This document shows positions 18,461 to 28,770 of a stretch of 64,000 nt of DNA, piece by piece. How positions within the stretch are numbered: the first letter of the stretch is position 1; the number at the start of each line of letters is the position of its first letter. The notes under the pieces were generated by a model, which searched no databases, was not told the DNA's origin, and worked only from the letters and a program-made list of their open reading frames with translations. The translations under genes and the position numbers were made by a program. Source of the stretch: Acidobacteriota bacterium (GTDB taxonomy: Bacteria; Acidobacteriota; Thermoanaerobaculia; Gp7-AA8); assembly GCA_019244185.1 (NCBI GenBank), contig JAFATB010000023.1, positions 352,001-416,000 of the forward strand, written 5' to 3'.

Positions 18461-20101
18461 ATGAAAAAACTGACGGCAGTCTTTTTTCTCACGTCCCTCG
18501 CTGTCTTCGCCGCCTCGCTCGTTTCCGTGGACGTGCACGTCACGCCGCCGCAGCCGGTCGCCGCCGGCGGAACGATCCACTACAACGCGACCATCAACAA
18601 CGAAGGTCCGGACGACGCGGCCGATCTGACGTTCACGTTCACGATCCCGTCGCAGGCGACGTTCGCCGGCCTCACCGCGCCCGCGGGCTGGACGTGCACG
18701 ACCGGCGCGACGGTCACGTGCACGAAGCCCGTGCTCGGCGTCGGCTCCGAGTCGTTCGTCATCGACGTCACGACACCGCCCGATCTGCCGCCGTCGACGA
18801 TCACCGCAACGGCGAACGTGTCGACGTCGTCGAGCGACCGCGATCTCGACGACAACACGCAGACGGTCCACGTGAACGTGACGCCGCAGAGCGATCTCTC
18901 CGTCACGCTCGCCGGAGCTCCCGATCCGGTCGTCGCGGGCGAGGACCTCGACTGGACGTTCGACGTCACGAACCACGGCCCGAGCACCGTCGCCGACGGC
19001 AGCGTGTCGCTTCCGATTCCGGCTGGACTCACGTTCGTCTCCGTGAGCGCACCGGCTGGGTGGAACTGCGACAGCAGCGTCACGTGCACGCAGACCGCGT
19101 CGCTCGCGCCGAACGGCGTCGCGCATTTCGTGGTCACGACGCACGTCGCGTCGTCGACGCCCAGCGGCACGACGTACACCGCGACTGCGACGGTGAGCTC
19201 CGCGCTCGACACGATTCCGGGCAATGACACCGCGAGCGATTCGGTGACGACGACCGCCAGCACGAACGTCACCATCACCAAGAGCACGACCACGACGAGC
19301 GCCACGCCCGGCAGCGCGGTGCATTACGACATCGACGTCGCGAACTCCGGTCCGAGCGACGCGGCGAACGTGACGATGATCGACACGCTGCCCGCGGAAC
19401 TGCAGTTCGTCTCGCTGACTCCGCCCGCGAGCTGGTCGTGCACGACTCCCGTCGTCGGTGCGAGCGGCACGATCACGTGCACCGCCGCGACGCTCGCCGC
19501 GAGCGCGACGGCGCACTTCGATCTGGAGACGACGGTCTCCGCATCCGCGGCGCCGGGCACCTCGATCGTGAACCGCGCCAGCGCCGGCGGCTCCTCCGAT
19601 GCGGCGGACGCGGTGACGATCGTCGGTCCGACGGACGTCACCGGCGTGAAGTCGGTCGAAGGTCCGTTCGGTCAGGGCGCGCTGATCACGTACACGATCG
19701 TCCTCGCGAACCACGGCGACGTCGCGCAGCCCGACAACCTCGGCGACGAGCTCGTCGACACGCTTCCCGCCGGGCTCACGCTCGTCGACGCGAGCGCGGA
19801 CAGCGGCACCGCCAGCGCGGATCTCGCGCTGAATCGCGTACGCTGGAACGGCGCGATCGCCGCGGACGGAAACGTCACGATCACCATTCACGCGCGCATC
19901 ACCGGCGGCGGCTCCGGAACGCAGATCGCGAACGTCGCGACGATTGCCTTCGACGCCGACGGCAACGGCACGAACGAGACCACGCGCAACACGAACGTCG
20001 TCAAGTTCGCGGTCGAAGCCGCGGTGCCGGCGCTCTCGCCGATGATGCTCGCGCTGCTCGCGGCGCTGCTCGCGTTCGTCGGCATCGGACGCCGCTTGTA
20101 G
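18461..20101 (+). CDS. DUF11 repeat surface protein with IPTL-CTERM-like sorting tail
   Basis: Repeated NxGPxxAxxV and DTLPAGL Ig-like units; C-terminal VPALSPMMLALLAALLAFVGIGRRL. Confidence 0.8.
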   Translation: MKKLTAVFFLTSLAVFAASLVSVDVHVTPPQPVAAGGTIHYNATINNEGPDDAADLTFTFTIPSQATFAGLTAPAGWTCTTGATVTCTKPVLGVGSESFVIDVTTPPDLPPSTITATANVSTSSSDRDLDDNTQTVHVNVTPQSDLSVTLAGAPDPVVAGEDLDWTFDVTNHGPSTVADGSVSLPIPAGLTFVSVSAPAGWNCDSSVTCTQTASLAPNGVAHFVVTTHVASSTPSGTTYTATATVSSALDTIPGNDTASDSVTTTASTNVTITKSTTTTSATPGSAVHYDIDVANSGPSDAANVTMIDTLPAELQFVSLTPPASWSCTTPVVGASGTITCTAATLAASATAHFDLETTVSASAAPGTSIVNRASAGGSSDAADAVTIVGPTDVTGVKSVEGPFGQGALITYTIVLANHGDVAQPDNLGDELVDTLPAGLTLVDASADSGTASADLALNRVRWNGAIAADGNVTITIHARITGGGSGTQIANVATIAFDADGNGTNETTRNTNVVKFAVEAAVPALSPMMLALLAALLAFVGIGRRL

Positions 20102-20111
20102 AATGCGCCCC

Positions 20112-20912
20112 ATGGCCGGAACTCTCGTCGACTATCGAGTCGAAAAAGGCGTGGCGATCTTCGAGCTGAATGATCCGCCCGCGAACACGTACACCTACGA
20201 GATGAACCGCGAGCTGGACGACTGCATCCTGCGCGCGCGCATGGACGACGAGGTGCACGTGATCGTCCTGCGCGGCGCGGGGGAGAAGTTCTTCTCCGCG
20301 GGCGCGAACATCCGCATGCTCTCGGAGGTCACGCCGCAGTTCAAGTACTACTTCTGCCTCCACGCGAACGAGACCATGAGCCGGCTCGAGCAGACGCCGA
20401 AGCTCGTCATCGCCGCGCTGAACGGCCACACCGTTGGCGGCGGTCTCGAGATCGCGCTGGCGGCCGACATCCGCATCGCGCTGCAGGGCGCGGGCAAGCT
20501 CGGACTGCCCGAGGTCTCGCTCGGCGTGCTGCCCGGCACGGGCGGAACGCAGCGCCTCTCGCGGCTCGTCGGCAAGAACAAGTCGATGCAGCTGATGATG
20601 GAGGGCGGCCTCATGACGTTCGAGGACGCGCGCGAGCTCGGCATCGTCAACTACGTCTGGCCGGCCGAAGAAGACGGGAAGAAGTGGTGGGAACGCGTGA
20701 TGGAGTACGCGTGGAGCTTCTGCCCGCCGAACAAAGCGTCGAAAGCGGTCGGCCGCATCAAGCGCGCGGTGCAGACGGGGTGGGAGATCCCGATCGAGAC
20801 CGGACTCGCGCTCGAGCGCGAGCTGCAGCAGCAACTCTTCCAGAGCGACGACGCGCGCGAAGGGCTCGCCGCGTACAACGAGAAGCGGAAGGCCAGCTTC
20901 TCGGGAAAGTAA
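20112..20912 (+). CDS. Enoyl-CoA hydratase/isomerase family protein
   Basis: FSAGANI, GHTVGGGLEIALAADIR and LPEVSLGVLPGTGGTQRL motifs. Confidence 0.93.
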   Translation: MAGTLVDYRVEKGVAIFELNDPPANTYTYEMNRELDDCILRARMDDEVHVIVLRGAGEKFFSAGANIRMLSEVTPQFKYYFCLHANETMSRLEQTPKLVIAALNGHTVGGGLEIALAADIRIALQGAGKLGLPEVSLGVLPGTGGTQRLSRLVGKNKSMQLMMEGGLMTFEDARELGIVNYVWPAEEDGKKWWERVMEYAWSFCPPNKASKAVGRIKRAVQTGWEIPIETGLALERELQQQLFQSDDAREGLAAYNEKRKASFSGK

Positions 20913-20926
20913 ACAGGTTGACCACC

Positions 20927-22036
20927 ATGCGCTACCGCAAACTGCACGGCACCGAGCTCTCGCTCTCCGAGCTTGGGTTCGGGACGTGGACGCTCGCCAC
21001 CGGCTGGTGGGGGACGTACACCGATGACGAGGCGCGGCGCCTGATCTCGATCGCCGTCGACCGCGGCGTCAACTACATCGACACCGCCGACGCGTACGGC
21101 AACGGCCGCGGCGAGACGATGCTCGCGCCGCTGCTGCGCGAACATCCCGAGCTCATCGTCGGCACGAAGTTCGGCTACGACTTCTACAACAACCCCGAGC
21201 GCCCGCGCGGCCAGCGCGAGCTGCCGCAGGACTTCACGCCGCAGTTCATCCGCTTCGCCTGCGAGCAATCGCTGCAGCGCCTCGGCGTCGACCACATCGC
21301 CATCTACCAGCCGCACAACCCGCGCGTCGTGACGCTGCTGCAGGACGAGCATTGGGAGACGCTCGAAACGCTCAAGAGCGAAGGCAAGATCTCGTCGTAC
21401 GGCCCGTCGCTCGGCCCCGCCATCGGCTGGCGCGACGAGGGCATCTACGCGAACGCCGTGCGCCACGCGCCGGTGACGCAGATGATCTACAACCTCCTCG
21501 AGCAGGATCCGGGACGCGAGTTCATCCTCGCGGCTGAGCGCGGTCCGTCGTACGCCGGCGTCGACGAAGCGCGGCGCGGCGAGGCGAACAAGAAGCTGTG
21601 CGCGCCGAGCAGCGCGTTCGAGCACGAGTTCCGCGCGTGGAAAGCGCATCCCGCGCCGCAGTTCCTCATCCGCGTCACGCATTCCTCGGGCATGCTCGAA
21701 GGGAAGTACACGCTCGACACGAAGTTCGATGAGAACGATCACCGCTCGCACCGTCCGCGCGCGTGGCTCGTCGAAGGCGTGCAGAAAGTCGAGAAAGTCG
21801 AGCCGCTCTGCCGCGAGCGCGGCGTCACCATCGGCCAGCTCGCATTGCTCTGGCTCTACGCACATCCGTCCATCGTCTCCGCGCTGCCGAACATCTACGA
21901 CGAAACGCAGCTCGACGAGTTCCTCGGCGCCTCCGAGCACGCGCCGCTGAATGACGGCGAGATGGAGCGGATTCACGCGCTGTACGAGCGCAACTTCGAC
22001 GTCGTGCCGTACGTGGAAGAGCGCGTGACGGCGTAA
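20927..22036 (+). CDS. Aldo/keto reductase
   Basis: ELGFGTW, IDTADAYGNGRGE, TKFG and SLQRLGVDHI motifs. Confidence 0.92.
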   Translation: MRYRKLHGTELSLSELGFGTWTLATGWWGTYTDDEARRLISIAVDRGVNYIDTADAYGNGRGETMLAPLLREHPELIVGTKFGYDFYNNPERPRGQRELPQDFTPQFIRFACEQSLQRLGVDHIAIYQPHNPRVVTLLQDEHWETLETLKSEGKISSYGPSLGPAIGWRDEGIYANAVRHAPVTQMIYNLLEQDPGREFILAAERGPSYAGVDEARRGEANKKLCAPSSAFEHEFRAWKAHPAPQFLIRVTHSSGMLEGKYTLDTKFDENDHRSHRPRAWLVEGVQKVEKVEPLCRERGVTIGQLALLWLYAHPSIVSALPNIYDETQLDEFLGASEHAPLNDGEMERIHALYERNFDVVPYVEERVTA

Positions 22037-22042
22037 AGACGT

Positions 22043-22864
22043 CTACCGCGCCGGCTGAAACAGCGCACGCCACGCGGCCGGCGTGAAGCCCGTCTCGGCG
22101 CGAAAGCGGTTCGTCAGATGCGACTGGCTGGAGAAGCCGGCGTCGAGCGCGATGTCCGCGATCGGCTTGTTGCCACGTGCGAGCTCGCGCTGCGCGCGCT
22201 CGACGCGCAGCGTCTGCACGTAGTCCGTGATTGTGACGCCGAAGCGGCGGCGGAACGCGGCCGACAGATGCACGGGATGCACGCCCGCGCTGGCGGCGGC
22301 GATGTCGGCGAGGCGCACGTTCGCGGTGTAATGCGCGTCGAGATACGCGCGAGCGGCGTCGAGCCACGTGCTGCGCAGCATGGGGGCGACCGTCTCGCGC
22401 GTGCGCGTGGCTTCGAGCACGAGGAGTTGTGTCAGCGTGGCGGCGTCGTTCGGCGAGAGCTCGTGCTGCGCGGCGAGGTAAAGCCGCGCGGCGATGCTCC
22501 GCGCGCGGCCGCGCACGGCGAACGACGCGTTCGCAGGCAGCGACGCGCCGAAGCGCGCGAGCGCGTCGCGTCCCAGCTCGACGGAGAAGAGACGTCCGCC
22601 CTCCGCGCCAAACTGTTCGCTGTGCGGCTCGCGCGCGGGATGAAAGAACACGCTGCCCGGACGCCGCATGCGCTCGCCGCTCACGGAGCGCTGGCGGCTC
22701 TCGCCGCCGAGGACGAGGCAGAAGTACGCCTGCTCGTGCGCGTGGGGACGCGTGGCGTGATGCGCGTCGAACCGCACCGTGCGGTAGCGCACCGCATCAA
22801 CTTCCGCCTCGGCCACCGTCGTTCCGTGAAAGCTCACGCGCGCGCCGCCTCGCTCATCGTCCAT
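22043..22864 (-). CDS. AraC family transcriptional regulator
   Basis: Cupin HAHE motif plus C-terminal IADIALDAGFSSQSHLTNRF. Confidence 0.9.
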   Translation of the reverse strand: MDDERGGARVSFHGTTVAEAEVDAVRYRTVRFDAHHATRPHAHEQAYFCLVLGGESRQRSVSGERMRRPGSVFFHPAREPHSEQFGAEGGRLFSVELGRDALARFGASLPANASFAVRGRARSIAARLYLAAQHELSPNDAATLTQLLVLEATRTRETVAPMLRSTWLDAARAYLDAHYTANVRLADIAAASAGVHPVHLSAAFRRRFGVTITDYVQTLRVERAQRELARGNKPIADIALDAGFSSQSHLTNRFRAETGFTPAAWRALFQPAR

Positions 22865-22932
22865 AGGACCTCTGCACTCGTGCAGAGGTTCCGCAGCATC
22901 GCACGGCTGCGGCTTGCGCTAGAATCCGCCTC

Positions 22933-24216
22933 ATGCGCAACAAAGCTCTGATTCTTTCCACCGCGATTCTCTCCCTCGTGCTCATGGGCTGCCCGCCGAA
23001 AACGGGAGAGACCGGAGGCGCGGCCGCCACGACAGACGCCGGCGGCGAGATCCTCGTCGGCGAGTTCGGCTCGCTCACCGGTTCCGAAGCCACGTTCGGA
23101 CAGTCGACGCACAACGGCATCATGCTCGCGATCGACGAAGTCAACGCCGCGGGCGGCGTGAACAACCGCAAGATCCGCGTCCTCACCGAAGACGACCAGT
23201 CGAAGGCCGAGGAAGCCGCGAACGCGGTGACGAAGCTGATCTCGCAGAACAACGTCGTCTCGATCCTCGGCGAAGTCGCGTCGTCGAACTCGCTCGCCGC
23301 CGCGCCGATCTGCCAGCAGAACAAGGTGCCGATGATCACGCCGTCGTCGACGAACCCGCGCGTCACCGAAGTCGGCGACTACATCTTCCGCATGTGCTTC
23401 ATCGACCCGTATCAGGGCGAAGCCATGGCGAACTACCTCACGAAAGAACTGAAGCTCAAGCGCGCCGCGATCCTGATCGACGTCAAGAGCGACTACTCGA
23501 CGGGACTCGCGCAGTACTTCGAGCGCACGTTCACCGCGAACGGCGGCCAGATCGTCGGCAAGCAGAGCTACTCGAAGGGCGACAGCGACTTCCGCTCGCA
23601 GCTCACCGCGATCAAAGCCGCGAACCCGCAAGTGATCTTCGTCCCGGGCTACTACAACGACATCGGCCAGATCGCCATCCAGGCGCGCGACCTCGGCATG
23701 TCGCAGCCGCTCGCCGGCGGCGACGGCTGGGAATCGCCGAAGCTCATCGAGATCGGCGGCAAGGCGCTGGAAGGCTGCTTCTACTCGAACCACTATCACG
23801 TCGACGATCCGGCGCCGGCCGTGCGCACGTTCGTGCAGAAGTATCAGGAGCGCTACGGTGCGAAGCCGGACGCGCTCGCGGCGCTCGGCTACGACAGCGC
23901 GAAAGTGCTCGCCGAGGCGATCAAGCGCGCGGGCAAGACCGACGGTCCGGCGCTGCGTGACGCGATCGCGCAGACGAAGGGCTACCTCGGCGTGACCGGT
24001 CTCATCAACCTCGGGCCGGACCGCAACCCGGTCGGCAAGAAGCTGGCGATCCTCGAGATCCGCAACGGCCAGACCGCGCTCAAGGGCATCGTCGATCCGA
24101 ACGCATCGGCCGGAGCCGCCGCGGGAGCGACCGATACGACCGGCACGACCGCCAGCGCGGCGACGACCGGCACGACCGGCTCGACGCCGACGACCGGCAC
24201 CACGCGCACGCAGTAA
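22933..24216 (+). CDS. livK: Branched-chain amino acid ABC transporter substrate-binding lipoprotein
   Basis: Lipobox LMGC; GSLTGSEATFG and DYIFRMCFIDPYQG motifs; operon context. Confidence 0.88.
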   Translation: MRNKALILSTAILSLVLMGCPPKTGETGGAAATTDAGGEILVGEFGSLTGSEATFGQSTHNGIMLAIDEVNAAGGVNNRKIRVLTEDDQSKAEEAANAVTKLISQNNVVSILGEVASSNSLAAAPICQQNKVPMITPSSTNPRVTEVGDYIFRMCFIDPYQGEAMANYLTKELKLKRAAILIDVKSDYSTGLAQYFERTFTANGGQIVGKQSYSKGDSDFRSQLTAIKAANPQVIFVPGYYNDIGQIAIQARDLGMSQPLAGGDGWESPKLIEIGGKALEGCFYSNHYHVDDPAPAVRTFVQKYQERYGAKPDALAALGYDSAKVLAEAIKRAGKTDGPALRDAIAQTKGYLGVTGLINLGPDRNPVGKKLAILEIRNGQTALKGIVDPNASAGAAAGATDTTGTTASAATTGTTGSTPTTGTTRTQ

Positions 24217-24242
24217 GCGCTACATTCCTCTTTACATTACGG

Positions 24243-24278
24243 GGTCCGGCGAGTAGTTTTCGCCGGACCTTTTTCTTT
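24243..24278 (+). terminator. Intercistronic hairpin/terminator after livK
   Basis: GGTCCGGCGA-N7-TCGCCGGACC followed by TTTTT. Confidence 0.7.
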
Positions 24279-24280
24279 GC

Positions 24281-25186
24281 ATGCAGACTCTGCTTCAGAA
24301 CCTGCTGAACGGGATTGCCTCCGGCTCGATTTACGCGCTGATCGCCCTCGGCTACACGATGGTGTACGGCATCCTGAAGCTGATCAACTTCGCCCACGGC
24401 GACATCTTCATGCTCGGCTCGTTCGTCGGCTTCTACGCCGGCAACTTCATCGCCAAACAGAACGGCGGAGGCTCTTCGCCGCTCAGCGCCGCGCTGGTCA
24501 TGCTCCTCTCGATGATCGTCTGCGGCGCCTTCGGGTACCTCAACGAGCGCATCGCCTACCGTCCGCTGCGCAACGCGCCGCGCATCGCGTCGCTGATCAC
24601 GGCGATCGGCGTGTCCTTCTTCCTCGAGTTCGGCGGCCAGTTCGTCTTTGGTCCCGATCCGAAGTTCTTCCCGACGCTGATCGACAAGCACGTCATTCAG
24701 TTCGCGGGCGTCGTGACGACCAACTACCAGCTCATCGTGCTCGGCGTCGCCATCGCCTTCATGGCGCTGCTGCAGTACATCGTCTACGGCACGAAGTACG
24801 GCCGCGCCATGCGCGCCGTCTCGTACAACTTCGAGACCGCGTCGCTGATGGGCATTCCCACCGATCGCGTGATCTCGACGACGTTCGTCATTGGCTCGAT
24901 GCTCGCCGCGGTGGCCGGCATCCTCTACGGCCTGTCGTATCCGAAGATCGATCCGCTGATGGGCGTCATGCCCGGCCTCAAGGCGTTCGTCGCCGCGGTG
25001 CTCGGCGGCATCGGCAACGTCCCGGGCGCGGTCGTGGGCGGGCTGCTGATCGGCATCATCGAGTCGTTCGTCGGCGGCAGCGCGTACTCGAACTATCGCG
25101 ACGCGATCGCGTTCGTGATCCTCATCGTGATCCTGTTGTTCCGGCCGAGCGGCTTGTTTGGGAAGTATCAGGCGGAAAAAGTCTGA
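24281..25186 (+). CDS. livH: Branched-chain amino acid ABC transporter permease
   Basis: YALIALGYTMVYGILKLINFAHG and KAFVAAVLGGIG motifs. Confidence 0.94.
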   Translation: MQTLLQNLLNGIASGSIYALIALGYTMVYGILKLINFAHGDIFMLGSFVGFYAGNFIAKQNGGGSSPLSAALVMLLSMIVCGAFGYLNERIAYRPLRNAPRIASLITAIGVSFFLEFGGQFVFGPDPKFFPTLIDKHVIQFAGVVTTNYQLIVLGVAIAFMALLQYIVYGTKYGRAMRAVSYNFETASLMGIPTDRVISTTFVIGSMLAAVAGILYGLSYPKIDPLMGVMPGLKAFVAAVLGGIGNVPGAVVGGLLIGIIESFVGGSAYSNYRDAIAFVILIVILLFRPSGLFGKYQAEKV

Positions 25187-25279
25187 ATGAAGAACGCAGA
25201 ACGCAGAACGAAGAATGAAGAAATGGGCCCGGCGTGCTCATTTCTCAATTCTTCATTCTGCGTTCTGCGTTCTTCATTC
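25184..25279. repeat. Heptamer-arm inverted repeat element R3
   Basis: Begins at the livH TGA; GAATGAA/GAACGCA/GAACGAA arms around ATGGGCCCGGCGTGCTCAT. Confidence 0.9.
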
Positions 25280-25302
25280 CGCCTCCCCGGAGGCGGGTTC
25301 TA

Positions 25303-26403
25303 ATGTTCCGCCGCTGGTATCTCCGCGACTTCATCCTGCTCATCATCTACATCGCCGTGCTGTACGGCGCGTGGGTCGCGCTCGAATACGCGGCCGTGTA
25401 CTGGCCGTCGATGCGCTACTACAACCGCATCCTCGTGATGATGGGCATCAACATCACGCTCGCGGTGTCGCTCAACATCATCAACGGCCACGCCGGACAG
25501 TTCTCGCTCGGCCACGCCGGGTTCATGGCCGTCGGCGCGTACAGCGCGGCGTATCTCTCCGTCTACTACTTCGGTCCGTACGTCGCGAAGATGCCGGACG
25601 GCAGCGCGCAGCAGATCGTCTGGCAGAACCTTCTGCTGATCGTGGCCGTGCTCGCGGGCGGACTCATGTCCGCGATCGCGGGCTACATCGTCGGTCTGCC
25701 GTCGCTGCGCCTGCGCGGTGACTATCTCGCCATCGTCACGCTCGGCTTCGGCGAGATCATCCGCGTGCTGATCCTCAACATCGAAGCGATCGGCGCGGCG
25801 CGCGGTCTCAGCGGCATCCCGGCGTGGAGCAGTTTTTTCTGGGTCTTCTTCTTCTGCGGACTGACGATCCTGATCTCGAACCGCCTCGTGAGCTCGTCGG
25901 TCGGCCGCGCGTTCCTAGCCATCCGCGAGGACCAGATCGCGGCCGAGTCGATGGGCATCGACACGACGCGCTACAAGGTGAAGGCGTTCATCATCGGCTC
26001 GTGTCTCGCCGGCGTCGCGGGCGGGCTCTTCGCGCACTACACGCCCGCGTATCTGAATCCGACCGGCTTCACCTTCATCCGCTCGTTCGAGGTCGTGGCG
26101 ATGGTGGTCCTCGGCGGACTCGGATCGATCTCCGGCTCGATCGTCGCGGCGATCATCCTCACGCTGCTCCCCGAGGCGCTGCGGCCGGTGAAGGACTACA
26201 TGCCGGGCGGCCGCGATCCGCGCATGGTCATCTACTCGATCATGCTCATCGTGCTGATGCTCACGCGGCCGCAGGGACTCTTCGGCCGCAAGGAGCTGTG
26301 GCAGTTCCTGCCGCGCCGCAAGGACTCGCTTCCGAACGAGGCGCGTGATGAAGGCAACGCGGACGACAAGCTCGATCGCGACGCCGCGCCGCCGGTGACT
26401 TAG
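25303..26403 (+). CDS. livM: Branched-chain amino acid ABC transporter permease
   Basis: GQFSLGHAGFMAVGAY and LRLRGDYLAIVTLGFGEI motifs. Confidence 0.93.
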   Translation: MFRRWYLRDFILLIIYIAVLYGAWVALEYAAVYWPSMRYYNRILVMMGINITLAVSLNIINGHAGQFSLGHAGFMAVGAYSAAYLSVYYFGPYVAKMPDGSAQQIVWQNLLLIVAVLAGGLMSAIAGYIVGLPSLRLRGDYLAIVTLGFGEIIRVLILNIEAIGAARGLSGIPAWSSFFWVFFFCGLTILISNRLVSSSVGRAFLAIREDQIAAESMGIDTTRYKVKAFIIGSCLAGVAGGLFAHYTPAYLNPTGFTFIRSFEVVAMVVLGGLGSISGSIVAAIILTLLPEALRPVKDYMPGGRDPRMVIYSIMLIVLMLTRPQGLFGRKELWQFLPRRKDSLPNEARDEGNADDKLDRDAAPPVT

Positions 26404-26409
26404 ACGCTC

Positions 26410-27198
26410 ATGGCCAACGACGCTTTGCTGCAGGCGAATCACGTCACCATCCGCTTCGGCGGACTGACGGCGGTCTCCGACTTCAATCTCGACGTTCAGC
26501 CGCGCGAGCTCCTCGGCCTGATCGGTCCGAACGGCGCCGGCAAGACCACGATCTTCAACATGCTCACCGGCGTGTACAAGCCGACCGAGGGCGACATCGC
26601 CATCGGCGGCGTGTCGACGCGCGAGATGAAGCCGTACCAGATCACGAGCCTCGGACTCGCGCGCACGTTCCAGAACATCCGCCTCTTCAAAGAGCTGACC
26701 GTGCTCGAGAACGTGAAGATCGGCGGCCACATCCACTACAAGTACTCCAGCACCTCCGCGGTGCTGCACACGAATCGCTTTCACGAGGCGGAAGCGGAAG
26801 CGGAAGCGCAGGCCATGAAGCTGCTCGACATCTTCGACCTCCGCACGCGCGCCGATCACGCCGCGAAGAACCTGCCGTACGGCGATCAGCGCCGCCTCGA
26901 GATCGCGCGCGCGCTCGCCGCGCGTCCGAAGCTGCTGCTGCTCGACGAGCCCGCGGCGGGACTCAACGACAGCGAGACCCGCGCGCTCATGGGCACGATC
27001 CACGACATCCGCGACCGCTTCCAGATCGCGATCCTGCTCATCGAGCACAACATGGAACTGGTGATGGGCATCTGCGAGCGGATCGTCGTGCTGAACTTCG
27101 GCAAGACCATCGCCGTCGGGACGCCCGCCGAGATCCGCTCGAACGACGCGGTCATCGAGGCTTACCTCGGCGAGCCGGTGTCGGAGGCGCACGCATGA
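26410..27198 (+). CDS. livG: BCAA ABC transporter ATP-binding protein
   Basis: GPNGAGKTT, RTFQNIRLF and LPYGDQRRLEIARAL motifs. Confidence 0.94.
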   Translation: MANDALLQANHVTIRFGGLTAVSDFNLDVQPRELLGLIGPNGAGKTTIFNMLTGVYKPTEGDIAIGGVSTREMKPYQITSLGLARTFQNIRLFKELTVLENVKIGGHIHYKYSSTSAVLHTNRFHEAEAEAEAQAMKLLDIFDLRTRADHAAKNLPYGDQRRLEIARALAARPKLLLLDEPAAGLNDSETRALMGTIHDIRDRFQIAILLIEHNMELVMGICERIVVLNFGKTIAVGTPAEIRSNDAVIEAYLGEPVSEAHA

Positions 27199-27905
27199 CG
27201 TCGATCCTCTCGATCCGCAACCTCGAGGTCGGCTACGGCACGATCGCCGCGCTGCACGGCATCGGCCTCGACGTGCAGAAGGGCGAGATCGTCACGCTGA
27301 TCGGCGCGAACGGCGCGGGCAAGACCACGACGCTGCGCACGATCTCGGGCTTGCTCAAGCCGCGCAAAGGCGAGGTCACGTTCAACGGCCAGAACATCAG
27401 CGGCGTGAAGCCGCACATCATCACCGGCAAAGGCGTGTCGCACGTGCCCGAGGGCCGCGGCATCTTCGCGAACCTCAGCGTCGCCGACAACCTCGAGCTC
27501 GGCGCGTATCTGCGCAAAGACAAGATTCAGAAGTCGGAGTACGACCGCATCTTCTCGCTCTTCCCGGTGCTGAAAGAGCGCATCAAGCAGAACGCGGGAA
27601 CATTGAGCGGCGGCGAACAGCAGATGCTCGCGATCTCGCGCGCGCTGATGGCCAAGCCGACGGTGCTTCTCCTCGACGAGCCGTCGCTCGGCCTCGCGCC
27701 GCAGATGGTGCAGACGATCTTCCGCGTCATCCGCGAGATCAACGCCGAAGGCACGACGATCCTCCTCGTCGAACAGAACGCGCACATGGCGCTCGTCACC
27801 GCGCACCGCGGCTACGTCATGGAAACCGGCCGCATCGTCGTGAGCGACGAGACGAAGGCGCTGCTCGCCAGCGACCGCATCAAGAAGGCGTACCTCGGCG
27901 GCTAG
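27195..27905 (+). CDS. livF: BCAA ABC transporter ATP-binding protein
   Basis: GANGAGKTT, LSGGEQQML and LDEPSLGLAP motifs. Confidence 0.94.
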   Translation: MTSILSIRNLEVGYGTIAALHGIGLDVQKGEIVTLIGANGAGKTTTLRTISGLLKPRKGEVTFNGQNISGVKPHIITGKGVSHVPEGRGIFANLSVADNLELGAYLRKDKIQKSEYDRIFSLFPVLKERIKQNAGTLSGGEQQMLAISRALMAKPTVLLLDEPSLGLAPQMVQTIFRVIREINAEGTTILLVEQNAHMALVTAHRGYVMETGRIVVSDETKALLASDRIKKAYLGG

Positions 27906-27916
27906 CCGCGCGCGCG

Positions 27917-28711
27917 TTACTCTCCCGCCGTCTTCCGCGCCACCGCGTTCTGCAGCGAAAGCCACTCGTCCATCTCGCCGGCGCCCCGCGGGATCTCGCC
28001 GAGGCGCTGGGAGATTTCGAGCGCGTTCTTCGCGCAGTCCCAGTTCTCGAGGCGCACGTGCGAGCGCGCGATGTGAAAGTACGGGTAGTAGTCGATGAGC
28101 CACATGCCGTACATGCGCGCCTGCTTCTGCGGATTCGGGCGGCGGGCGACGGCGTCGAGGAAGCGCGCCAGCGCGCGCGGATAGTCGCCCTTGCGCTCGA
28201 GCTCGAGTCCGAGCTCGTAGTTCGCGTACCACGGCGCATCGCCGAGCTTCGTGCTCGCGGGAAGGTTGCACTTCTCCAGCACGTCGTCGCGCAGCCGCTG
28301 GAACTCCGCGTCGCTGAGCACGGGCGGCTTCTTCTCGAAGCGCGCATATCGCGGCGAGCGCGCGGTGGGATCGCCGCGCAGCAGCAGCTGATAGGCGACG
28401 AGCAGCGGACGTCCGACTTCGCTCTTCGCCGCGACGCCCGACGTTTCCGCGAGCGCGAGCTCGCGGCGCGCGCCGTCGACGTTGCCGGTCATCTGATGGG
28501 CGATCGCGAGATAGAGATGCGGCAGATAGTCGAGGTACTGCTGCGGCGCGGCCGGCACCTGCAGCCCTTCCTCCGCGCGCCCCGCGAGCGCGGCCTCGAG
28601 CTCCGGCTTCGCCTCCGCGGCGCGTCCCTGTTCGATGAGACGGATGCCTGATTCGTAGTGGCCGAACCACGAGCTGGCCGCGAGCAGCGAGACGGCGAGA
28701 AGGATGTGCAT
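27917..28711 (-). CDS. Secreted TPR-like helical repeat protein
   Basis: Short signal peptide; two related halves (DYLPHLYLAIAH / DYYPYFHIARSH). Confidence 0.65.
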   Translation of the reverse strand: MHILLAVSLLAASSWFGHYESGIRLIEQGRAAEAKPELEAALAGRAEEGLQVPAAPQQYLDYLPHLYLAIAHQMTGNVDGARRELALAETSGVAAKSEVGRPLLVAYQLLLRGDPTARSPRYARFEKKPPVLSDAEFQRLRDDVLEKCNLPASTKLGDAPWYANYELGLELERKGDYPRALARFLDAVARRPNPQKQARMYGMWLIDYYPYFHIARSHVRLENWDCAKNALEISQRLGEIPRGAGEMDEWLSLQNAVARKTAGE

Positions 28712-28770
28712 GGCGGGATGCTAACTTTCGGCGCGCGCCTTCGTCTATCGCGGTGAAAGGGGACCTCGTC

